Shown here in pieces: positions 48,871 to 58,654 of a stretch of DNA of 64,000 bases. The stretch lies in the NCBI GenBank assembly GCA_977862235.1, contig OZ374560.1, forward strand, positions 434,001-498,000. Reading direction: 5' to 3'. The notes below the pieces were generated by a model. It did no database searches. It saw nothing but the letters and a program-made list of their open reading frames with translations, and was not told the origin of the DNA. Source of the stretch: Dudresnaya verticillata. Lineage: Eukaryota. The stretch's first letter is position 1. Each line of letters begins with the position of its first letter. The position numbers were made by a program, and so were the translations under genes.

Positions 48871-51047
48871 ATGGAACCTGGTCAGCGTACGGGAACACGG
48901 AAGTACACTCGCCGCACTCACAAAAAGGGAAAGAGGCACGAAGGCAATCTCCTCGCCAGGTGCAAGAAGCAGCTGCGGCAGCTGCAAGCATATAACATTA
49001 AGAAAATGAAATGCTGCCCTGACAACTGCTTTGCCGACATGGAGCCGGTTTTTCTCCGTGCAGAAGCGCGACGTGTGCTGGTAATGGGTGCTGACGATCG
49101 GTGTGAGTACTTAGAGACGCTACTGAAGCCAGAAGCAGTCAAGTTTCATTTCGCCGGGAAGCCAGTGTGTTACGTTTTTCTGCACCGTGCATTCGGATTC
49201 TCACGCGACCTGCAAGACTTCGTGAAGGGCACTCCAAATGGTCGTAGAATTGTGATGGGCGGTGTCGAGGGTGGAGCGAGAGATGCCCATTCCGAACAGC
49301 GAGATGTCGTCATTACGTTCCTGGAAAGGCTGGCAGAATCCACAGCGGAGTGCATGCCAGACGTTGAAGAGCTGCATTTGCCTTACTTTAAGAAAAAGGC
49401 AGTTTATGACTTGTATGTTGAAGAGCACAAAACGCTGTCTCGAAAATGGACTCCAGCAGTACCGAGCTACTTCTATGACAGGTGGAAGAAACACTGTCGT
49501 AGAATCAAGGTGCGGGGGTTGCACAAGTTCACAAAGTGCACAGAATGTGAGGCCATACGTGACCTCCTTTCAAAGGGCGGTACTAACTCCAGTGCGACTG
49601 AGGGGCTGCGCTGCCGTCGAAGGAAGCATCTGGACTTAGTTATGAAAGAGAGGAGGGAGTACCGCAAAAAGTCCGAGATGGTTGAACTGTACCCACCGGA
49701 ATTCTGTTCGTTAATTATTGACGGGGCAGACCAGTCTGCCTTCGGCCTGCCCCACTTCCCAGTGACCACCGAGAGCACGACAGGGCACGCATTGAAGGAA
49801 AAGCTCTTCGGCGTGCTGGAGCACGGACCGTGCAAGCCGTTGTACCTATACACGAGACAGCAGAATTCGAAACGGGTGCAAACCACATACTTGAAGTACT
49901 GCACCGAATGCTCATGATCAAAAGGGACAAAGCAGAGTTGCGAGGCACGCTCTACGTACAAGTGGACAACTGTTCCCGCGAGAACAAAAACTCATTCTTC
50001 ATGCCGTACTGCGAGAGCCTAGTGGCGCGGGGTGTATTCAAGGAGGTGCACGTCAGTGTTTTACCCATAGGGCATACACACGCAGACATTAACCAAGCAT
50101 TTAGTTGCACATCCAGAAGCCTACGCGGGAATGAGGCTGTGACCATGGAAGACCTTTTGACAGAATTTTCACAGTCATACACGCTGCCACCTGTAGTGAA
50201 CAGACTACTGCACGTCGCTAATTTCTCAGGCTTATGCAAGTCCGCGCAATGTATTGGCAGGGTTGAAACCTTTTTTCAATATCGATTCTTCAAGTTCAAT
50301 AGAGTGCTTGGCTCTGCACCTACCAACGCCCGTTATGCTACTGGTTGTTCAGTGTGAGATAATTGCACCGATGACTTCACTGATTTGGACACAACATCGG
50401 AACAGAAAGGTTTCATTCTTTTTGTGCCAGACATCCGGAAAACACCACACACGACTGCGAGGAGCCCACCTGACATGACAAAAGTCAACCACCACCTGCG
50501 CACCGAGGAGATGCGAATCAACTCAACCGCAAAAATGGCATCGCTTCCCGCATTGCGCGACCACGTGTACAGGGACAGGGAAGAGCCTTTCCACTGAAAC
50601 ATTGATGACTGCTTTGAACTAAAAGGGACGTACAAACCTGAGCCGGGGGGCGCAGTGGAGGAAGAGGTTATGCAAGGGGAGGTCGCAGGACCTAGTTTTG
50701 ATGTGCCGACCGCAGACCTGACCTACACACCCAATACGTTCGTCGCCGTCAGTCCTGACCCGAGAGATGTGCAAGATTCCAATGCCACACCATTCTGGCT
50801 CGCCGAGGTCATACATGTCATCCGCAATGCGGGGGATTTCATCCACCAGCTCCACTTGCACCGGTACGAAGTGCATGGCGTCGATAGACCGTGGACAGGG
50901 CGTTACAAACCGTGCTCCGTGCGCGGCAAGCCTTGGAAGGAGCGCATATCTGTCAATGCGATTTGGACAGAGTTCCCAGCGTTTTCCAAGCCAACCATCC
51001 CCTTCGGAGCGAGGAAGAAAAGCTGTGAATCACTTATGCAATCTTGA
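48871..51047 (+). pseudogene. Sola-like DDD cut-and-paste transposase with Cys-rich N-terminus and a C-terminal beta-barrel-like domain (one frameshift, two stops)
   Basis: CC..NC, KCTEC, IIDGADQ, QVDNCSRENKN and PIGHTHADINQAFS motifs. ORFs 49830, 50385 and 50655 share one frame. The superfamily label comes from memory of the DNC..ENKN / GHT signature. Confidence 0.8.
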
Positions 51048-51213
51048 GTAACGAGGCCAGCATCATGTTGTAAAGTCGCATCCGTTAAGGGAGAGAAGCA
51101 GGACACCAGTAGAGCGAAAATGTGCCCGTATACAATCGGCGTTGAGGTTGTACGTTACCTACGTGATATGGATTCGGAATAAGTTCTGTGTCTGCGGGAG
51201 GTGAGGCCCTGTT

Positions 51214-51233
51214 GAGCAATACTGGTATTGCTC
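51214..51233. promoter_or_regulatory. Palindromic site 1
   Basis: GAGCAATAC-TG-GTATTGCTC, 9-bp arms. Confidence 0.5.
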
Positions 51234-51453
51234 TTTAGGTATTCGCCAGGGTGAAACATTACACCTGTTACTTACGCAACAGAATTGGGCCCAGACAGAA
51301 ACCTATGCATTTTTTGGCGCGTGGTTGCGGGAGATATCTGTTTTCAAGATGGGTTAATTTCCATTGGCGAAAACCTATACACGTTTTCAGATATCGCATT
51401 ATTATTTGCTATTAAACTAATATTGATGCCGAGAGCTCCGAAGACTTGTTAGT

Positions 51454-51469
51454 CAATACTGGTATTGCT
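51454..51469. promoter_or_regulatory. Palindromic site 2 (same core)
   Basis: CAATAC-TG-GTATTG-CT, 16 nt identical to site 1. Confidence 0.5.
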
Positions 51470-52204
51470 TTTTGCGTTCTCTCCTGCACCGCAAACTGAA
51501 ACCTGTTCCGCAGCCTCGTGCCCGTCTACATCGAGGGCTCGCTCCCACAGCCCTACCGTACACGTGCATCCCCATGCACGCCGCTTCATGTACCCAGTTC
51601 CCGTCATGTCGCCATCGCAAACCGCCCCTTGGAGGGGCATGAAAAGGCCAACGCCGCGCGATTTGAAGCATTGTGTTCTTGGCCGTCTTGCGTATTGCGC
51701 TTCAGATCGAGAGCGAAGCCTTTTCGAGTGTTCCTGGATCCACACGGACTCCAAATGTGTCGCGGAAGCCATCGCAGAGATACAGACGCTTCGAAATTCG
51801 AAGAGTCTGTGGCCCTTCAAGGGCAGTAGCCCTTCTCAAGGGCAGCAGCCCTTCACATTCTTGCGAAAGGGAACCTTCTTTCCGCGAACTAACACCAATA
51901 CCGCCACGATTCTCGCATGCTTGAGCTAATCGGAATCGGGATTCTGTCTGTGGTCCGACCGCGGGCCTTTGTCCGTCCCGATCACAGACAACATGCGCTG
52001 TACGATTCGAATGAGAGCATCGTGTTCGCATACGAATTTTAAGTCGATCTCGAATGAAGGAATTTGTACGGACTCAGATCAATGTGCGTTTGGTTCTGAT
52101 TAGGGTGTACAGGCGCGCGTACAGCAGCCTGTTTTGCTCGTCATAATTGTTCACCACGTTTCTGCACTGCGCGGCATCATGATCAGCTCTACTTCGGCAC
52201 AAGT

Positions 52205-54788
52205 ATGTCTCGTGGCGAACTGACCCAATTACGACAAGAACCTGCACTTACTCGCACCCAAACATGGCAGGGGGAGACGAAGGAAGAGCGCTGAAGTGCC
52301 TGCCGACGAATGAACCTGTATGAGTGTCCTAGAGGCAGCAACGGCGCTGTTCATGGAGGTGATGGATGGGTCTGTCAACATCCACGTCGATCCGTAGGCA
52401 TGCGTCCCGCTCACAGACATACGGCCTATTGTCAGTTCTGGTGTTGAAAGGCTGAAGGTCATATTCCGCGGAGACCCAAACCCACATTTGGGATCCTCGA
52501 ACACCGGCTTTGTAGCTGGGTCAGACGCACCGATACTTGTGAAGCTTTCCGTTACTCTACGTGGCTACACCATGACTTATCTCAGAGCCAAACAGAATCC
52601 TGACGGCTCAACCTCTCGGAGCAGCAGGTGAAGGAGGTTTATGAAGCGCGTTCCGAGTGGCATGGCATTGTGGACGGGCTGCAAAGAGTTACGGCCCTAC
52701 TCGAACTTTTCGAGAAAGATTACAACAAGTGGAAACAGTTCGCACTTCCGGTCACCGTGTTGAAAGGAGGGCACAACATTCAATTGCTTTGGCAACTGGC
52801 CAGACATCAGAACAAGAAACATGACTCCGCGTTCTATATAGAGACGAAATTTTACGATTCGATGAGGGGGCTGAGAGAGGAAGCGGACAGACTGACGGCT
52901 GTACATAATGGGAAGGCCCCCAACTGTAGTGCCTGTCGCACGTGCGTACGATGTGTGCAAACACCGCACGGATAATACTATTAAGCAAACAGCAGGCATG
53001 GTACTTCGTCTGCACAGGAAAACGATCGCAGAAATCGGGAAGATAATGAACGACACGTTACCAGAGATGGCCTCGCGTCACCAACTGCACGCTTCCGGGA
53101 GTGTCGTGGATAAGATGACTGCAATGCAAGCTATAGATTGTCGAATTTTCAGGCGTTTCGCACACATATCAACTTTTCGGTCATCACGACCGTTCATGAA
53201 CGCAGGGATTTCCGACGAGGGCGTAGAAATACAGATTGCGACTCTGTGCCGTCTGCGGGAACTGTCCAGAGGTCATCATTTCAAACCAATGGGTCACAGA
53301 TTTACGACCGAGCAATTCGAGAAGACCAGTGCAGCGATGCAAGAGGTCGGCAAGTTTGAATTCGTCCGAGAGCAAATGGAACGGCCACCATCCATGAAGG
53401 TACTGCGGTCAAATATGCTAAGGAGCACGAAACTGGATGTTGAGGTATCCATAACAGGGGAAACGATCATGACCTGTTGAAATCTGTACTGCAGATGTAC
53501 AGGGATACCTGCCCTCAAGAGGCTCCGCTGAAGCTAATGAAGTATCGCGACAACATCGTCATGTCGGCTCAGGAATCTCAGCGAACGGAGACCCCGGCGG
53601 AACACTCTACCCCAGCAAGTGCTGAAGAACCTTCAGAAATGGAACAGAATTCAGTTCTTCAAGAAGGTGATCAGAGTGGTAAACTGGCAGTAGGAAACGA
53701 AACGAATCCGTGTCCTGCCTGCAACAGCAGATCATTTGGGTTCTATTGATACACCAGCAGTACCAAAAGGCACAGAGCCGGATACAGAACCAGAGGCTGA
53801 TGCATGTACTGAGGAGGGTGTGACAGGGGGTGTTGGTGGTCGCATGCATACTGCAACTGCAGCAGCCGCATCTGAATCAACACTGCAGTCAGAACGACTG
53901 AATACTGGAAAGGCAGGCGACGAAAACGGAAGTGTCGCACGAATCGACTACCTGGAGCAAATGAAACTCACATGTCTGCAGGTGATGTGGCAGAGGTACG
54001 ACTCCTCCGTCCGCAATGAAGGAAGCACGTCGTTCGACCTTTTGATTACGAACCCCCTACGGTACCAAGAGTTCACAATCAGGCACAGGCAAGACCTATG
54101 ACAACAGCGATGTGGAGATCAAGGTCCTTGTCGGGTTCGACAGAAGGGTTGTTGTTCCAGGGGGTGGTTTGTTATCTTTACGTCTTTTCTACTCTTTCCA
54201 ACGTTTCATGAGGCATTTTTGAAGTACCATTTCACGTGCCCTGCGTACCCGCACGTCTTCATGAAAGATACAAAGTCAATGCAAGCACACCGTGGGAACA
54301 GCATGTCTCAAAAGGTCGTGGAAATTGCTGTCTTTGCGAGAGCTCCAGGGGAGCATCCGTAGGGGTTCAAACCGGACCTGTCTAGTAACTACAACCAGAT
54401 ACCACCCCCGTAAGGCCGTCGTTTCGCTGGCGTTTCCCGAGTCCCTGTACCGCAAGAAAAACTGCACATGCCCTCTACAAAGTCCCCAGTACTCGTGGAG
54501 GAAAAGAACCCAAGCTTAATATCTGAGATGATGGAAACATTCTGCCGGGAAGAAGGGTCCGTTATTGATAATTACGGGGGTACCATGATGACAGCAATTG
54601 CAGCGCTACGGACCGGGCGTTCATGTACGTCCATCGAACAGAATCCTGAAACTTTCGGAGTAGTCCACCAACGACTCATTGGGCTAACGAAGAACGATTT
54701 CGAAGCTACGAGGACGAAAGAAGTATTCGGTGAGGCGAAACGAGCTTGGCAAGGGGGGAGCCTGGCCCATGAGGGGCGGCCCTACTGA
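52205..54788 (+). pseudogene. ParB/Srx-like domain fused to a beta-class amino (N6A/N4C) DNA methyltransferase; several frameshifts and stops
   Basis: ParB-like: IRPIVSSGVERLKVIF...PILV...GIVDGLQRVTAL...LARHQN. MTase: FDLLITNP[P]YG (C-run frameshift about 54053-54057), RRVVVPGG-WFVIF, EKNPSLISEMMETFC, VIDNYGGT, AALRTGRSCTSIE, i.e. motif order IV-VI-X-I-II. Confidence 0.8.
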
Positions 54789-56741
54789 GGCCGAAACCCC
54801 ACTTAGAGGCACGACGGGCGCAGTGGTGGACTCAACCACGCCCGCGGCCTTGCCCTCCGCGTTGAAAGAGAACAGGAGACGGAGTTGGGGCCGTCGACGG
54901 CCCCGCGCCAGCAGAATCGCGCGGCACGAAGGGTGCCGCCGCTGCGGGAACTTTCCCCGACCCGGAGGGCGTTGGCGACCTCGACCGATGTAGGTCGAGC
55001 ACCATTGCCGCCGCTGGCACCGCGGAGCGCGACGGCTGCTGCGCGGATGCCCTTCCTCGCGTCGACGCGAGTTGAGTGCTCGCATGAGCCGTCGGCCATG
55101 CGCAAGGCGGGCCAGTCGGCTGAAAGACACGAGCCACCGCTACTGGGCGCGGGGCGGCAAAGGCAGACCACTCGGGTGCTTCACTTTCGTGCCCTGCGCC
55201 GCGGCAAGGGCCACCGCCTCTGACCAGACGTCAGCGTCGGGTGTTGGGGTGGGGTTGGCATCGACGCCACCCGCCCCGGCAGCAGAAGCCCGCACAGGAG
55301 CGCGCCCGGCATCGCTTAGCGCACCCGTCGATGGGGGTGCTCCTTCTGGCGCAACCGTCGAAGGTTGCGCCTCTGCCGCAGCGACAGTCGAAGGTCGCTC
55401 CGTGGCTGGCGCGGCCGTCGAAGGCCGCGCCTCCCCACCTGCCGGCGCCTTTGGCACCGGCTCTGCAGGACCACCCACTGCGACTGACTCGGTCGACGTG
55501 GTGGGGTGGATGACCGGCGCCCCCTCGGTAGGGGCGCCGCCCACGATAGGCTCGCGTGACTCCATCGCCGCGTCGATGCTGGCGATGGGGGAAGGAAGGG
55601 GGAGCTTGAAAGCGTCGAAGCTTGGAACTTGCAGCGCTTGTCGACAAGGGGCGCAGCACGCGGGTAGTTGGCGGTCGTGCTGAGCGATGGCCAGACCGCC
55701 TCCCCCCGGAGCCGCATAGACGGCTCCCTAAATAGCCCGTCGCGGCTCAGAGCGGGCACACCTGACGTGGCATCGACGCCCGTCACCGATGGACGCCCAG
55801 AGGACGCCCGGGGGCCCGCTGGCCAATCCCGGGCGCCGTCTTGGCCACCCCCCTGCTTGCACGTCGTAACCCTCGCGACCGAGGCGTTTGCGCTTGAAGC
55901 GGGGTTGTGTGGCATAGCTGTAAGACCAGCTGTGCCACACACGCGTAGCTGTAAGACCAGCTGAGCCATGTGTGCACCGCTGTGCGCACGCTGTCAGCCG
56001 GTGGCGCCGAAGCCCCGCTGAACTGTAAGGAAGTGCGCTGTGGCGCCCGCGCGTGCACGTGTACGCGTGTGACACTGAAACTCCCATGTAATTTCTACGT
56101 CTATTTTGTGTAGTGTACAGCACTGTCTAGTGTAAGCGGCGGTCGAACGCCCTGTTGTCCCGCGCGCCGTGCGCACGCACTCCGGCGTAGGGCCGTTGAG
56201 TGCGTGACATGCGCGCGCGTACTCCGGCGTCGAGCCGTTGAGTACGTGTGCACCGTTTCGCCCACGCGCGCACCCGGGGTACCGTTATCCGTACGCGTCG
56301 ACGCGTGTCGGGGCGCGTCGCCGCACCTCCCGGGTTGGTGCCGCCGCAGGCCCTGTAGTATATTTAGTAGTGGCCCCTCTGGGCTTGAGTAAATAAGGCA
56401 AGCCAGCCTACGCCAGGCTTTTCCCTTTCTGCTTTGGGCTTCTTTCCCAGTCCTTCACCCTACGGCTTCCCTCTTTCCCTAGCCGCCTAGGCTTTCCTTT
56501 TCCTTTCCCTACCGTCAGCTGCGTGCCGCCCCACGACGGAGACGCAGGGATCCGGCCGCTGCCGCCCGCGTACGGTCCGCCCCGTTCGCGCTCAGGATTC
56601 GACGCCGTTGATCCGCGACCGTCGACGGCGCGCGCGGCCGACACCACCGCTCTACCACCACCATTACCACTTCGACGGGTCTGGGTGCGACTACGAGACC
56701 AGCCGCTCTAGAAGTCAGTTCGATCTGACGTCTATGCCACA
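54722..56741 (+). mobile_element. Gypsy-type element D remnant: GC-rich 3' internal region plus 3' LTR (55908-56741)
   Basis: 10-bp inverted ends TGTGGCATAG / CTATGCCACA; purine tract GAAGCGGGG before the LTR; LTR motifs shared with A, C and E; AAAGA at both 54717-54721 and 56742-56746. Confidence 0.75.
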
Positions 56742-57124
56742 AAAGACTTGACGCAGCGAAACGCGTACTGCAGAAAAGTACGGATGATCACGAGGAGCCT
56801 GTCCGGAAGAGATGAAAGTGAAATTACACCGGTCGCCGGTAAGGACAGGCCGGAATCGGGCTCAGTACCAGGATTCCTTGTCACGTGCGACATTGTGACG
56901 GCATGTCGCGCGAACTGATGCGTGTCGAACAATGGATGGTTTGCCGGAAAACGGATGGGTGATGCAAGACAGTCTTGTCACTGGTTACTGAGGGATGCAG
57001 TGTGAGGGACAGAGCCACGAGGTGGAATTGAATAAGTGCTACTAGTCGGTGAGACGACGGGTCACCTGTTGCGTTTAACATAATTCCGGCGGAAGATACT
57101 GTCCAAGGACTGTTACGCAGCTAC

Positions 57125-57670
57125 CTACAAAGTTGGTTCCGGTGGGTAATTGGCATATTCACATTCAGGCGGGTAGCAGTTGCTGTACCCGGACATCTTG
57201 CAATCAAGGCAAATAACTCTCTTTCTATTGCTTCTGTAACGGGGCCGTCTCCTGAAGACCTTGGAGGAGTTTCCAGCTTCAGTACTGGCACTTGGTGACT
57301 TGGGGTCTCTGTTCGTGGCGGCGGTCTCTGCTGCAGCAGGGGCAGCTTTCAGGGCCCGGCGACGGTCTTCCTCCCAATAAACCTTCTTCTTAAAACTGGG
57401 AAAGATTGTTTTGTCGTATAAGGTAAATTCGAGCTCTTCCACACCATCCATATATTTCCCTTAATCTTCCGCTGCAATCATCGCAGTGATTATGGGATCC
57501 ACACCAACGCGCTGAATAAGTCCGTCAACGGATTCACCAGGAAGATACATGTCTTGCACTGATCAGGTGCCTTTCGTGGTGCTTTCCGCAGCCGTTGTAG
57601 TCACATTTTCGTCTACAGCGGGGAAATGTTCAAGATCTCCCCTGTTGCGCTTAACCCCAACAGACGACAT
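57125..57670 (-). pseudogene. Unknown small gene remnant ending in a Cys cluster (CLDC-x6-C-x4-C), two in-frame stops
   Basis: ORFs 57563-57769 and 57125-57451 are in one frame separated only by single stops. Confidence 0.4.
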
Positions 57671-58654
57671 AGCTTTCAGAATTCTTTCCGGGCGCAACAG
57701 TTGAACCTGGTATTCGCTCGAAATGAGCGCTCGCCGTGGTAAGTGCAACACCGTGCGGTGAGAGAACACCAGCTCAAATACAAATTCAGCCCGCCCTTTC
57801 CTTGACGGTGTTCAACCTGAAAATAGGTACAATAGAAAGTACGGAGTTGTCAGTAATAACGCACCACAGGTGCGATGTGAGCAGATGAGCCGTGTGCAGG
57901 GATGTTGAACACTTCGCAGTGTCCAAGGGCGGCCCGGGCCCGGTGGCAAATTGCGGCAAGTCAGGCCAGGCCCGCGGGCCATTGGCGGGGACCCGGGGCA
58001 ATTTCTGAGAAATATTTCCGGAAAAGTTCAGAGGAAATTCGGGACATTTCAGGGGCGCATTTAGCTGTGTGCGGACGACTAAAACTTCGGAACGGCTAGG
58101 CTTTAGAGCACGTGGTTTCCACCGTTGTTCTCAGCCCGTTCTCCTCTGTTGAATGCATGTCAGAAACGAGGGGTGTTTTTGATTCTGTTCAAATTGGAAA
58201 ATTCTGAAGATGTAAAAATCAGTGTTACCAGTTGCCTTTGGCGCCATCCGTGATGGATAAATTTCCTCGCTAACCTTCGGCACCGTGCTGCTGCTGGCTC
58301 GGCTGAGTCGGTGGATGTCGGCGGTGCCGCCAGTGGCAGCGTAACCCCTTGTCCCTGAGCCTCTGCTCCTTTTCGAGACACCGCTGCAGACCTCTTCGGG
58401 GATCCAGTCGTGCTATCGCCCCATGGCCGACCCGATTCAACACCTGGAGACTCTCGGGGCACTAAGACCCTCGGTTTTCACGCCCCGGCTCGGTATCAAG
58501 AACTACAACAGTTTTGGCGTCTTCCGGCAAGGGGCTATCCACACACCTGTACCCTCCAGATGGCACGCCCCACTCGCGGGTTGGCGGCCCTCTCGGCGAC
58601 CCCTCCGTACCGGGATAATTAAAAAAGAGGAGATAAACACTTTATGACAAAGGA

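Noticed and set aside
12174..54400. RIP-like CpA-to-TpA mutation inferred from many CAR-to-TAR stops
   Set aside because: Stop codons are an ascertainment-biased sample; a full copy-versus-consensus mutation spectrum is needed.
54730..55970. Overlapping Ala/Pro/Arg-rich ORFs on both strands
   Set aside because: GC-rich internal sequence of element D with no recognisable motifs.
47350..58650. Terminal inverted repeats delimiting the Sola-like element
   Set aside because: No convincing inverted match found by eye, so element boundaries are left undefined.
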